Part shown: positions 12,534-26,337 of the stretch, piece by piece
How the letters are laid out: every line of letters starts with the position of its first letter
Numbering within the stretch: position 1 is the stretch's first letter
Source of the DNA: Monocercomonoides exilis PA203
Lineage: Eukaryota; Protista; Preaxostyla
Assembly (NCBI GenBank): GCA_001643675.2
Contig: LSRY02000006.1
Span: forward strand, 1,984,001 to 2,048,000
Length of the DNA: 64,000 bases
Direction of reading: 5' to 3'
The notes under the pieces: generated by a model
Told to the model about the DNA's origin: nothing
Databases searched by the model: none
Seen by the model: the letters and a program-made list of their open reading frames with translations, nothing else
Translations under genes and position numbers: made by a program

Positions 12534-14235
12534 TCAACAATTGGACGCTCGCTTATTGAATCTTTGAGCGAGATGATTGAACAAGGATTTTACAGTCCTG
12601 AAGAGGATGATATAATATTGGAAAAATATGTATGATTTAATCATTTTTTTGAAATTTGTGTTTTTAATTGATGCTTTTATTTCATCAATTGCTGCTTCTA
12701 TCCCTATGCTTGTCTCAGCTATTAACTTCCTTTTCTCTTTTTGTATTTTCTCCGAACAATTAATGCGCTTCATCCCGAAGATGTGTTCCTGTCTACGATT
12801 CAGCTGTTGTATCACAACAGACTCGAAGAAGTACATGACAAAGCATCCCGTACAGTGAATCGTATATTGGAAGCATGTCTAAGAAAAACTATGTCATATC
12901 TTTACAGTCAAACTACTTCCTCAGAACGTTCAACCTCATTTCAAATAGCGTTGTGTGGTTCTTGTTCTTTCGAGAATACGCTTGTGGATGGTATAGTGTC
13001 TGTCTCACCCAGTTACCCACATCAGAGCACAGACCGTAGTTAAGCATTCTTTGCAAACCGACTTCCAAAGAACGTTACAATCTTCTGGATCTTCTTTGTG
13101 CCTGTCCATGCTATCTATCCTTGCTGATCTGTCTCTGCGTTCCAAAACTTCATAACAAAACATTCGTCAAAGACTTCTTCGTTCATTGCAACTTGCAGGT
13201 GAAGTGTTTGTGCAATATGATGGAAAGGGGGGTTGTTCGACCTTTCTTGTGCGCAGCATTCAATGAGTTCAGCAACACTTTTATCTCCATTCCTTCGTCC
13301 ACAGCAAACGTGGTTATGTTTCTTGTGCATTCGTTTGCATTGATAGATAACGTGAGACGAAGATGAAGTTGTTTGTGGAATTTCCATTTCTTTTGTTCTA
13401 CTTCTTCAACATTTTTGACTTCTGTGACCATCTTGAAATCACCAAGTCCGGTAGTTTTTATGTGTTAAGATTTTTTGATCTCCTTCGCTTCCTCCTTCTC
13501 TCTCTCTTCTTCTTCTTCATTTGCTTCTGTTTCTTCATCTTTTTGTTGCATTAATCGTATTTGTCTATCTCATTTACGGATTCTGTTTCATCATTACCAA
13601 GAATCTGTTGCTTTATTTGCTCGTGTTTTGCATGTTAAGAAGTAATTTCTGTTCAAGTGAAATGTATCTGTCTTTGTGTAGTTGCATTTTCTGCGTGAAT
13701 TAATATCTATTAATAAATCTCAATTATTGATTCCATCAAAAAAATAATTTCAAAATGTTGAAAGAAGTCGAATTCTGAATGTATATTCGGTCTACAGTTT
13801 GCAAAAGATTGTAATCATCAAAAACTAGAACCCAGTATTCACAATATTTAATTCTTTGTATCTCTTCTTTGAACAATAATTCTCTGAAATTATCAAATTT
13901 TTAATTTCCAGAAGTTATCTCAAGTTTAGTGAGAAGAATCCAAGTTCTTTCATAAAATCCGTTCCTATTTTGATGAAGGTATCAATTGGATTTGGATAAG
14001 GAGTGGAATTACTTCAAATTCAAGAAATGGAGAAGCATCAAGTTGGTTCACAAGATGAGTCATAAACTTGGTCATTGTACAGCATGCAGATTTATCGTAT
14101 CACTCCAATGCTTCTTTGAATCTCCCAACAAGACGAATAAGAAATAATTACCCACAGCGGGAATTCTTGTGCGAATTCTGTTTAGACAACTGCAAAAACT
14201 ATTGTGAATGAAGTTTTGGCTCCTTGTATTTATTT
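12534..14235 (-). pseudogene. Heavily decayed gene, possibly with an N-terminal TPR-like repeat
   Basis: Fragmentary coding-like frames with many stops, including a TPR-like string (LVGRFKEALE*YDKSA, ~14090-14135) and a charged low-complexity block (~13400-13600). Confidence 0.35.
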
Positions 14236-14829
14236 ATTTTTTTGCTAAATATCCTTTATTACCTAAAAATTTACACAAATTCAAAAAAATAAAATTGAAA
14301 CTCTTCCTCAAAAAAGCAAAAATCAGACAATGATCTTGTTATCTTCCTTAAATTGGAAATGAAAGCATTCAATTAATAAAATGTATTTGAAAAAGATTTA
14401 TAAAAAAATATTTTCGCCTTTTTCATATTTCTGTTTAATCTTTTTTTTGTTATCTCCGCTCGAAGAACAGCACAATTGAATCTCGGAATCTGTTTTCCTT
14501 TTAGTGGCCAATAATCCTAAATGCACATTTTTAACTTATCGTAGGTGATCGAAAATCCAAAAATATAAGTTTGAAAAATATATTCCTTTACAAGAATTTG
14601 TAAATCGAATCCTTATATTAAATGGGAACTGAATTCAACAGCGCCTTCTTTCTAAGCAAATAAATAATATTAAATTAAAAAATCACAAAAAAAATGACAG
14701 ATAATAATATTTTTTTTCAAATTTTTATATTGAAATGTTCAAAAATACTATAATGAAAATATCACGAAATAAATTAATTACTAAACAAATAATATTTTTA
14801 TGACGAAGATCAAACATTAACCATAAGCA

Positions 14830-17800
14830 ATGGATAAAGTCAACATAATTGATCGTCTGGTTGTTCTGAACGAGCATTCAAGCGCTTTGCTGCTCAGACT
14901 ATCTGACTTTAAAGCGTATTGTGATTGCCCGCAGTACCAGCCTCCGGTTATCCAACAATTACAACAAGCAAAATGTTGGCCTTTGACATCATTCAACGAA
15001 GTTGATCCTGATCAAAGTAAGGTTTGCTGATAGATTATTTGACATGTCAATTGTTATATGCTTTAAAATTTGCAATTTAAAAAACCTTATTTGTTTTATT
15101 TAGATGGATAATTGTGAAAAAGCAAACATCAAAAAAGAACAGATTCTTAATGAGTTGGAGCCATTTGCTCATCTTGCTTCAAATTTTGTCGAAATAAGAA
15201 ATGCTTCTTTTGAGATTTTGACGGAAATTGGATCAAGTTACAATCAATTTAAAGTTTGGATTAAATGAATTTTTTGTTTTTGATAATGAATCTTTTTTGT
15301 GAATAACAGAATTATGAATTACGAAACCAATTTATCATTTCATTTAACCGTCACATCAAGATGCACATGCTTTTGTCATCGTTTAAATCTTTTAAGTCAA
15401 TTGTGGGCTCATATTTGTTTATTCATCAATCTGTGAAGCACACAAACTACACTGATCATCAAATGTATGTTGAATTTAAAAGGATTGCGTTTTTATTGAA
15501 AATAAATGTTATTTTGCTTCTAGAATTACTTCTTTTCTCAAAGCATTCAACTTCAACGAACCAATAACATTTTTACATCAGGAATTGGAAGGACTGACAC
15601 GGATAGTTGAAGCAACTGTTCCTACAACAAGCGACATTGTACGTTGGTCTAAGGACCCTCAAACTCTTGGATGGCTTGGTCCACTTGGAGTGTATGAAGG
15701 TGATAAACTTATTTCATATCTTCAACCTTCAGAAGATGAAGAAGAGGAAGAGGAGTCAGAAAAGAAAGAAGAAGAAAACGGAAATGATCTAGAGCCAATT
15801 TACGAGCAGCAGCAGATTTCCATGCAAATCACTGGAGAAGCCCACTTTTTCAACATATTTGCATTTCTCATGTGTCCTGAGATTATCCGTCAGACGCAGC
15901 AGCTCGAAGAGATCGAAGGAATTCTGTCAGACTGTCTGTCTGTGCCACTCTACGGAGACGAGGTGTTCTACCCGCACGCTGCTTATGAGGCGCTGTTCAA
16001 CAACTTTAAGAGCAAGACACTGAAGATCGACAAGTCAATGCCATCAAAGGCGCTTGAAACTGCGTGGCAGTCAGCTCCGTACAAGGCATCGGTGAGAAGG
16101 ACGCTGCTGTTGACAACGGGGCAGCGTTTGTTGCAGTTCATGTTGGAAGATCCGCAGCTGCACGCGACTGTCTGCTGCGAGAACGGGATGACTGTGGTGG
16201 CGTTGTGTGCAGCAGAGATCAGCTCGTACTTTGCACATGTGAAGCACCCGCTGCCGCAGACGAAGAAGAAGCTGGGTGTGAAGGACACCGACTTCGAAGA
16301 CTGGATTGGGATAGCGCGTCTGTTTGACCTGATGGTGCGGATGAGGGATGCGCTGTCGATGATGGCAGCAGACGTGTCTGTGCTGTGCCGCAATGTGCTC
16401 ATGCGAAAGTCAACAAAGGCGCTGAAGTTTGCACTTGATGACATCGGAAAGGGGTTTGACTCGTCTGCGACGTCTGTGCTGCGGAAGGTGCTGGAGGTGC
16501 TGAAGACGGCGGGGCAGAGCGAGAAGTCGATTGTGCCGCTGGAGAAGGAGCATCTCGGGTGGACAGCGCTGCAGCTGTGCCGGCTGGAGTGCCTGCGGAT
16601 GATGTGTGACATGACCACCAACACGTCGCGGCAGTCGTCGGCGCACCAGACGCTGTGGCCGATCCTGCAGAAGATCGGGCGGATGATCACGCTGGCTGAC
16701 CCGCAGCTGTTTGCAGAGACGGTCGACTCACTCGGCGCCACCCACGTCCTCGTCGGGAACATGACGCGCCTGGTGCACGTGCTCAACGGCTACTTGGACT
16801 CTGGCTCCGCCAAGTGCAACATCACCTCCACACTCATCCGCGCGCCGTATCTGCTGAAGCAGCTCTCGAACCCGCTGTTCCCAGCCACCTCGCGCTATCT
16901 GAAGGAAGAGGCAGCGTTTCTGTGGACGAAGACGTTTGTGTATCTCGTCGTGCGGAAGATTGAAGAGTGTCTGACGAGCATCATCGTGACGAATGTGCGG
17001 ATGCAGCAGAACGCATCGTCCATCACAAAACTGGCTGATGCCATCATCGGAACACCAGAAACAGCCTCCTCCAGCGCCTCGTATCAGAGCGCTGAGGTTG
17101 CCGGTAAAGAATCCCATTTTTCGACGAGGGACAACCTTGCGCGCATTTCAGCTGCACAGACAAAGCTCGTCTGTATGCTGACTGCACTATATTCGATGAC
17201 TGGGAAACCTTCGACTTCTGGTTTGTCCTCCTCCTCCTCTGCTGCTGCTACTGCTCCTTCCTCCTCGTCTACACCTTCTCAGCCCTCATCAGCTGCCCCT
17301 GTAGCCTCGACCTTCCCTCCTCTGTTCACATATGCCCTGACTGGACTGGAAGAGTCTGATGGGATCATCCATCTCAACTCTGACCACATCTGCCTCGGAG
17401 GAATCCTCTCTGTGATGCTCAGCCGCCTCCTCGGCAGCATGTTCGCCCACGTCTGCTCGCTGCCCATCACCCAATTTTCAGTCAGCGCCACCACACAGCT
17501 CATCGCAGACTTCGTGTCTGACCCACCTGTGTTCCCGTTTGTGCCTGCTGGTGCTGAGTATGACTTCCGCCTCGCTTTGGCAGTCGGCAACAGACTCCGC
17601 GTAGGTCTGTCTAACATCGCCAGGCCAGCAGCTGTGGTGTCATCAGGTAAGGAAGGCACCGGAAGCTCTTTGGCCAGCTCATCCTCGTCAACCTCGCTGA
17701 TCTCAGCGGGCGTAGCAGCCACGGCACATCTGCGGGACAAGTCTATTCTGTCCTTCCTCGACTACGAGGCAGATCCTCCGTCTGTCTGGTGGAATCCTCC

Positions 17801-19457
17801 AGCAGCTCTCTCTTTGGACACCCTCCGCCCAGCCATCACAGCAAATGCTGCACTCAAAGGAGACTGCCCTGCTCCTGTTGCGTTGAAGGAGAATGAGTGG
17901 CCTGTTGCACCGTCTGTTGCCATCGCTGCCATCAAGAGCATCGTGTCTGCTGCGAAAGTCGCTCTTCACCTGCCCTTCCCTTCGCTGCAGGTGGATGAGA
18001 TAGCACAGAGAGTGATGCTGAACATGTGTGTGGTGCCTTCGATGACCACGTCTGGAATGTGCCTCGACCGCACCATGCCTGTCGGTGCCTGGTTCTATCG
18101 GCTGTTTGGCCGCGAAAAGACTGGCTGGATGTGTGATGGCACAGAAGCTGATCCGCTCAGCTCAACTGCAACTGCATCCTCAACACTAAACATCACAATG
18201 GAGAATGATGGTCCGACAACAGGATACATTGCGATGCTCTATGGGCGATGGTACGCCGACATGTTCTGCTCGATACTGGCGAGCCAAGAACCAGTGCAGA
18301 CTGTGTTTTCCTTCCAGGAGAACGGATTCATTCGTCCTCCCTCATCAACAGCTTCGTCGTCGTCCAGCAGCGATGCATCAGCTGCAAGCACCATCACCAC
18401 ATTCCACGATCAGATTATGCAGCGTGTGTCGGGATTTGAGCTTAGATGCCTGGCAGAGCTGGTGGGTCCACTGGGAGTGGAGGCAATTTGTGAGATGATT
18501 GAAGGCTATGCCCTTCCGCGCCATCTGCTGCAGATCACAATCTACCTGCGCAGCAACCAGCAGACGTTGGAGCTGCTGAAGCGAATGAACGTGGACTCAT
18601 TTGGTGATAACACAGAGCAGATAACGAAGCAGATCAGAGGGAAAGAAATGAGCGAATTCCTGTTCCCGCTGATTGGCATTGGAAACTCGTGCCATCTGAT
18701 CCAGGTGCTGAAGGAGGCAGTCCACACCATCTTCACAACGCGCCTGCCGTTGACTGCAGAAACGCTGCGAACCATCGCCAATGCCATGCAGCTGTACGAC
18801 CCTCGATGCACCCTGAGCGAAGTGTGTCGCATTTACTCGCTCACCCGCCCCAGCAGCGATGGCGAGGCACCTGCACTGTCTGCTCTCCCTTCAGCCGGAA
18901 CAGGCGGGGCAGAGACGTGGGAGAGTGCGTTCTTTGCGTATGTGCACAATCCACAGGGGAAAGGGTTCCACCAGTCGAATGTCGGGCCACTGTTTCCGTA
19001 TGCATGTCTGTCGAGTCTGTCGAGTGGGGCGGTGTGGCAGATGAGCATCTATCTGCCTCAGGTTGGAGGATTCGACAACAACATGCACTGCGCAGCACGG
19101 GGAATGGTGTATGCAGCACACGCCCTGAGCGAGGCGAAGCATGTGCCAGCGTCAGTGAGACAGGCAGGGCTGAAAGAAGGGACATTACATGAGAGCATTG
19201 TGAAGCAGCTGACCAACATCCCTGGGTCTGCCCAGGCGCTGCTGTGGGAGACGATGGATGTGTGCACACGGGTGGTGCTGCAGAGCGACTGGGACGACGA
19301 TGCGAAGTGGCCGACGCTCGAAAAGAGGTTGATCTTCCTGGAGAAGCTGTATGAGGATATGAAGTGGATGGGCACAGCGAACTTTGAGGGTTTGGTTCCG
19401 AGGTTCTTGTTGAAGTCGGCAAAGGCAGCGAATTGGAGAGTGGAGAGAAGAGAGTAA
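14830..19457 (+). CDS. NCKAP1: Nck-associated protein 1 (Nap1/HEM), SCAR/WAVE complex subunit (4 exons)
   Basis: Family-like blocks IDRLVVLNEHSSALLLRL, IFAFLMCP, LYGDEVFYPH, GKES, ELRCLAELVGPLG and GFDNNMHCAARG. Three short GT-AG introns join ORF 14830 to ORF 15585 in frame. Confidence 0.85.
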
Positions 19458-19786
19458 TTAAAAATAAAATAAAATTAAAATTAAAATTAAAATTATTATG
19501 TTTTATGAATGTTGGATTTGGACAGATGAATAATGAAATTCCGTTGCAAGATAATGCTTTCTCTGAAGATTATTATCATTTACTAATTATTTTGCATTGG
19601 AAAAAACTTTTTTTATAATTTTAATTTCTTTTTCTTTTTTTATTATTTCCATCACATTTTCTTCATTGATAAGTTTTACCCCCAAATCCTCTTCGTCGAC
19701 ATGTTAAAATATTAATTATTTTTCATTATGTTTTCTTTTAAATAATCTTTTTCTAATTATTGTTATTATTTATTTAACTCCTTCAT

Positions 19787-19908
19787 GCTGCTTTTATTTG
19801 TTGATCATAAAGACGTTCATTTCTTCTTCGTGTCTTTTTGATGCATAAATGTTGTATCTGTGCTGGCTGAGCAGGCACATCTTTATCTGCTCGCCAGCCA
19901 AAAGCAGC
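19787..19908. ncRNA. Candidate structured RNA element (three-way junction)
   Basis: Closing stem GCTGCTTTT/AAAAGCAGC encloses a long hairpin (19796-19850) and a GC-rich hairpin GCTGGC-T-GAGCAG/CTGCTCGCCAGC (19862-19898). Confidence 0.35.
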
Positions 19909-20266
19909 CATCTTTATTGGTCATTTCTGTATCTGTATCTATTTTTCTTTCTTTTTGTTTTTTTTTTTTTTTTTTTTTTGGTCGCGTTCAGCAGCTGTAC
20001 AATTTTTCTTACACATTTTAGAACAAATGCTTATCAATATTTTAGTTTTCTGATCACTTTTAAAAAATTTTCTCAAAATAGGAGATTCTTTCGTTATTAT
20101 TTATCGACATGGCAAGAATGGAATGATATATTTCAGCAACGATGCATAATCCGAATTTATGTCATGAATGTTATCAATGAAAAATTCCATTGCAATGTCC
20201 AAGATGAAGTTTGAATAATTATTTATCACCGATCAATCACAAACCTTTATTTGTGATTCGAAATAA

Positions 20267-21957
20267 ATGATCGCTTCTGTGGTTGCAATTCTGTTTGCAG
20301 TGGGACAGACATTTTCCATTGTGAATGAGAATGTTGTTCGTGATTTTGATGTGAAGGGCAATATATTTTTTGCTCGATATACTGTCTCTTTCTTTGTCGA
20401 ATCGTCGGACAAAAACAACAACGAATATCGCTTCCCATTTGAGTTTGAAATGAGAAAATTGTCGACTATTTCCTTTGCAATCAACTCAAAAGAAGCTGAA
20501 TTTGAATATAGCAAAGAGTATGATTTATTTTTTCTCATATTCAAATTTTATGAGTTTTAATTGATAATCTGCTATTTTCACAATCAGAAACCATGAATGG
20601 ATTATTTCGTTACCAAAGTCAATTGAACCAGGCGATAAAGCAACTCTTACAGCAAAAATTTTGTTGTTCCAGATTGCTGATCCCTTGCCACGTGAAATAA
20701 CACAAGATGAGATTCAATGCTCTCGATTGAATGGCAATCTTCATTTCCCTTCACAGTATCAGACAAACTCTGAAGACTTTTACATCCGTGTTCATACTGA
20801 TAGATATATTGCAGCCACTCAAGCTTTGACTTTTGATCAAGAAGCTGAACTGTTTTCGGCTCATTTCAACAGTGCGCCAAGCGATAAAGAGGAACAGTTC
20901 TTTGTGCATTATACATGCCCAACATCCTATCTCACAGCTATTGGATACACAAGACAAATAATTGTGAACCAACTTGCACCTTCTCGTATTCAGGAACATT
21001 ATGATGTGAAGAATACTGGAGCTAGCTTCAAAGGAGAATTGAATGCATTCAAAAACATGGTTTGAACAATTATTTCATTCAGCACTTATTCATGTATTAT
21101 TATTAAAAATCATTAATATTTCTATTTTTCTTTCATTTGATGCATTTTCTATGATTTTTTTAAATAAGGTTCGGAAAAACGACCAAGCAGGAACCGTCAA
21201 CCATCTTATTTTAGATGTTCCACCGACAGCACAAGAGTTCTCATATCGTGATGATATTGGAAACATTTCGTCATCCTCTGTTTATACATCTCCAGTTGTT
21301 ACTCGCTTGGACCTGCAGCCACGTTTCCCGATTTATGGTGGATGGCACACCACTTTCTATGTCGAGTATTATCTTCCATGGTCAACACTCAGCGACGAGA
21401 ATGCTGTGCTTGGAGTGAAGAAAGGTGAACTGCCAGCTTCACAGAAGGAAAGTCGTGCACACAAGGGAGGATTCTTCTACTCTGACGATTCTGATGAAAT
21501 GAAAGAAGGACAAATGCTTACAAAAAGAGAGCACTCGTTTGCTGTTCCACTAGCCCCGTCGTTGGAAAATGGAGCCAGCGAAGATGTTGTGTTAAAGATT
21601 GCATTGCCAGAAGGTGCGAAGTCTGTTGTTGTCAGAGCAGACGCGTGCAAGCTGGAGATGCGACCTGATGAGGTTACATACCACAATCTTGACTATCTCG
21701 GAAGACGTACACTCGTTCTTCATCGTCGCAATGTTTTGAATTCACCTGCTTTTGGCAACGTTGTTGTTGAATTCAATCTTCCATTTATCTATTCCATTCA
21801 CAAGCCAATTATCTTCATCCTTATTGTTATGTCAGTTGTGCTTGCTCTCACACTCATTCGTGGCTTCATAAATTGGTTCAAGAAAGGAAACATCCAACGT
21901 CCTCTTCCTGATGACTCTAAAATAAAGGCAAGAGATATTAAGAAGAAGGATGAGTAA
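20267..21957 (+). CDS. RPN1: Ribophorin I, oligosaccharyltransferase subunit (3 exons)
   Basis: Signal peptide, PLPREITQ, YRDDIGNISSS, PRFPIYGGWHTTF, LDYLGR, and a C-terminal TM helix. Confidence 0.93.
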
Positions 21958-22361
21958 ATTTGACTTCACTATTAACAATAATGCACAGCTCGGTTCTTGA
22001 AACAAAAAATTTGTCAAAGTTAAGGCAATCTTCAATATTTTTATACTTTCTTTTTTCGCTACACCTCGCTTTTAGTCACTTCTTCAGGATCTTGCGTGGA
22101 CGGTAATAAAATATATGTTTAACTCAGTCAATTAGAATGTTTTCAAATGGAAAAAGAAAAATTAATGTTGATATTTTAAAACTTTGTTTTATACACTTTC
22201 ATTACAGTTCATAAAAATTTCTTTTTCTTTAATGTATTGATACTGAAATCAAGTTGACCTTCGTATGTCAAGGCTTTTCCAAAGAAAAGCGCATTTAACC
22301 TTTATTCAACTGGAATTTTTTCTTTGACATCAAATTCATGATATGGTTTGATCAATTCGCG

Positions 22362-24187
22362 ATGTTATATTTTATCTCAATTCTTGTAATCGCATTAACA
22401 TCATCTTTATCGTACAGAAAAGGTGAAACCTTTAGCTATTCTTATAATTCCAACATTCAGACTATTGCTTCTCGCAATTCAAATGGTGAAAACAACATCT
22501 TCTTTGATACATCTTGCAATGTTCAGTTCAAGGTTCTTTTGGTTACTTCAAAAGGAGCTTATATGCAAATGAACATTAAAAATGTGAAAACCGTTACTGG
22601 ATCCGATGATTCCTCGAGCGAAGCCGCAACAGGAAATGAAGCAGATGAAGTTTGTTATCTCAATTTTATTTTGGATTCTGGTAATTTCATGTGGATAAAT
22701 GTTGTTAAATTTTGTTTTTGAATTATTATTTTTAGTATTTCTCTTATCCTGTCTATTTTACCCATTGTGTCGATGGTTCAATTACAGATGTTACAACAAA
22801 TGAGGATGATCCGGAAGAATCATCAAAAATGAAAGTTGGTATTTTGTTTGGACTTCGTACAAGCATCAACAGTCAATCAAACGGAGATTATGTGATGAAC
22901 ACTGTTATCGACACAGTTGGGCAACATGCAGAATACACAAAAACTGAATTTAATGGAGGTCGCACAATTGTTTCGTCATATTACTCAGAAGACGATTTTC
23001 TTCACTTTGCTGATGAAAATATGCAAAGCCGAGAAATCGTTGTTGATGGATCAAATGTTCGTGAGCTGGATGGAACACATTTAAGCAAATCGACAAGCGT
23101 TATGAAAATTGTTTTCAACCCAATGAAAAAGAATGATAATGGTGAAGGAGCAGGATATACTATTATTTCAGCCAATGGAGAGCAAACACTTTCGGGATTC
23201 CAACAAGGAAATGATGAAAACGTTGATTTTCCATTTGAAACTGTTGAAGCGTTTTTGGCAGCCAATCCATCATTGAAGCCAATGACCATTGTATCTCCAG
23301 AAGAGTATGCTTCACGTGAAATTAAAAGGGATTACGCTGGAAGAACTCAAAGAAACGTTAAGCGCCCGGATGATTCAGAAGATTGCCCAACTGATACAAC
23401 TTGCTGCAAGACATTCAATGTTAAATGGGTTGTTGGAGACGAGGATTGCGGTTTTGTTGTTGACTATGGTGTTTTCATTGCAGTGTTGAAAGGATGCTCT
23501 GTTCTTCAACGTAAATATCCATTTGGAACATCAATGGGAATTGAAGTGAATGTTATGTCAGAAGGTGAAAAGACTTATGCAAGCGAAATGTACTTTGAAT
23601 ATGGACAGCATAGAAAAGGACCATACAAGCAAACTTTGGAAATTAGCCTCTTCGGAGAAATGTTGTACAATGGATTGATGCCAGAGAACTGCGGGACTAC
23701 GGATGTTGTTACTCTTAAAGAGTATACAAAAGGAATTGGCTTCTATCGCTGGATTTGGATCTTTGTTCTCCAGCTGAAATATCAAAAAGTTTACACAGTC
23801 AAGACTTCTGCAACCGTGGAGTATGATTTGTGCTTGGCAAATGTTAAAACCAAGTTCGCATATTATCCCAAATTCACATATACTGCAAAAGCAGCACATG
23901 AAGCCTCAGTTGGTCTGGCTCGTGCAGGTATTGAGTTGAAAGGAACTATTGTTGACAATTGGAAGCCACAGTTTGATTCAGATATTCAGACTTGCACATT
24001 CAATGCACGTCTTGTCCATGAACAAGAACCATATCAATCTTCCCTTGTTGGATGGTATCAGACGAGAGTAATCAAGGGATGGTCACTTAAGTGGGGAACA
24101 AAGCACACCCACACATTCTGGTCTCACTCAAAACCAGGAAAAACTGAGGTTCTCCATGAAGCATCGTATAATCCTCGTAATATGTAA
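22362..24187 (+). CDS. Secreted protein with vitellogenin/MTP-like N-terminal beta-barrel (2 exons)
   Basis: Signal peptide then YRKGETFSYSY. Intron 22650-22735 joins in frame to FSYPVYFTHCVDGSITDV...DDPEESSKMKVGILFGLRT...VIDTVG. Beta-rich C-terminal half. Confidence 0.6.
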
Positions 24188-25142
24188 ATGCAAAAGGCTG
24201 TGTGCTGGGAAATGAATCTCACTGACTCATGTGCCATTCAAACTCTATGTTTTATTTAACTTTTCTTTTGTTTTTTTTTTTTTTTTAATTTTCATTTTGT
24301 TATTAATTTTGAATATTTTGGAGATCTCTGTATTATCAATTTTCTTTAAAGGGATGAGAAGTTGTTGTTGGAATGAGATGATCATGCAGGTTCAATCGCT
24401 GATGACCTCAAAGGCATACTGTTAATTACTTCAATCAAGCGGTTGCTCTTGTGATTCATGAAATCCGCGTTCTGCATGATGTCATGAGCGCTGAGCATAT
24501 TATTTCAATGTTTTTAACAGTATTGCTGTGCCAATATTCAACGATGTTTTGCTTTTCTTGATGAAAATTCATCAGCACTGTTTAATTCTGTCTAGATTGT
24601 TCTTGTTCATTTTTTTATTCTCCTTTTCACAATGCTTCTTATTCTTATTAATTTGTGCATTTTTGTTTTGCGACTAATCCCGAGATAAATAATGTCCTAG
24701 GGATCCCAATCAAATTTTTATTTTTTACAACAGGAGTTATGTTGAATCCTGTTTTCAAATTTGAAGTTATAAGCCATCACATCTTTTTCATCGTTAAATT
24801 GATTCTATGAATGAATTCCAGTAAAGAAATATTTGTCAATCTTCAAATATTTTGTGTGAATTTTCAAATTTTCTTCAAATGAGAGTAAATGCAATCTCAA
24901 CTGTTCATCATAAGAATGTTAAAGTCTTTCTCAACAAATATAAGCCAAATTATCGATCTTGAGTTGAAATGAAATTGCGATGAAAAATGGCAGTTTCGAA
25001 GGGGAAATAAAGCAAAACATGGATAAAGATGAGTGAATTACTTGAACAAATAAAAAAAAAAAAAAAAAATACTTTTACAACGCAATTAATTGGAACGAAA
25101 ATCGAAAAAAATTGTGAAATGAAAGGTTAGCTCTTAGGTATT

Positions 25143-26194
25143 TCACCCAATAACGTTTTCTTGTTCGTGTGGTAAGATATTCAAATTTGGCGTTTGTTCA
25201 ATATTCTCGTCCGCATTTATAATTCGTTTCAGATCAGATGAGATGTCTTCTGTAATGTTTTGTTCTTTATCTTTGAAGCCAAAACCCCTCATAATGCCAT
25301 TGTAGCAAAATTGGATAAGATATGAAATGACATGAAAAATTGAACGAACAGGGATGCGACGAATCCATATGAATCCGACAACAACAAAAAACAAAATCAA
25401 TGAACCATAGTACCATTGATCCTCTCGACTCAATGACTTCCACCATCCTGACATTGCTTCACGAGCTTTTCCAACGAATTCGGAGAATTGAGAAGATTTT
25501 TTCATTGATGTTTTTATTGTATCTGAAGATTCTTTCAAAACAGTTTGAGCTTGACGAGTTGTTTCTAATGACATTCCCATTGTCTAAACGGATAAAGAAT
25601 AATAAAAATTTGATTTGAATTTATATCATCAAACATTTTTGATAACGCGAAGAGTTTCTGTTGTCTCTTTTTGAACATCTCTTTGGCGAAGCCTGTGCAT
25701 TTTCAAATATATATATAATTGAAAAAAAAATTTTTTTTCCATTCAACACTTTGATTTCACACTGGTTTCTTCTTCTTTTAATCGCTTCTTCGTCTCCTCC
25801 AAATAGAAGTTCTCTCTCTTCAATAGCTTTTTGATCAATAAATTTGATTTGCAATGCTTTCGCCTTTTCGTTATTTAATCTTAGCCTGTAAATAAAACAA
25901 ATTTGAAGTTTAAATAAATTCACAATATTTTTTTCCAAACTCTTGAATTAACTTATTAAGATTCTGTGACTTCTGCTTCCAAATCTCTGTTTCTTTTGCA
26001 GAAACAATTTCTAACGCTTTTATTTCGATCTGTTCAGCGGCATTCGACAATAAATCCATTCGGCGTATATTTGCATTGTCGATCTGAATAACTTGTTGGA
26101 TGGTTGTGCATTCGCAATCGCTCATTTTTTTAATAAAATATTTCACTTCATTTGCAAGAGATTCTGCGTCTGCATAGAGTATTTCAATCTCCAT
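25143..26194 (-). CDS. SEC20: Sec20/BNIP1 Qb-SNARE (4 exons)
   Basis: ERELLFGG motif, SNARE coil (ETTETLR...LKESSDTI), then DQWYYGSLILFFVVVGFIWIRRI TM segment. GT-AG introns restore the frame. Confidence 0.82.
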
Positions 26195-26337
26195 AAATTA
26201 TTATCCTAATTTATTTTAATAAAGGTTTATACCCAACACAAATGATTTTCAGAATTGCGAATTGAACTCAATGAAAATTTAGTTTCCTGCGAAAAGTTTC
26301 GTAAACCCACGCAGTGAAACAATTTAGGTTTCAAAAA

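Noticed and set aside
13040-13120. Possible PARP-like WHGT motif (IAWTGT) in the decayed gene
   Set aside because: His is absent, frames are broken, and no supporting downstream motifs are seen.
24420-25000. Coding-like text between the vitellogenin-like gene and Sec20
   Set aside because: No consistent frame or recognisable motif could be reconstructed.
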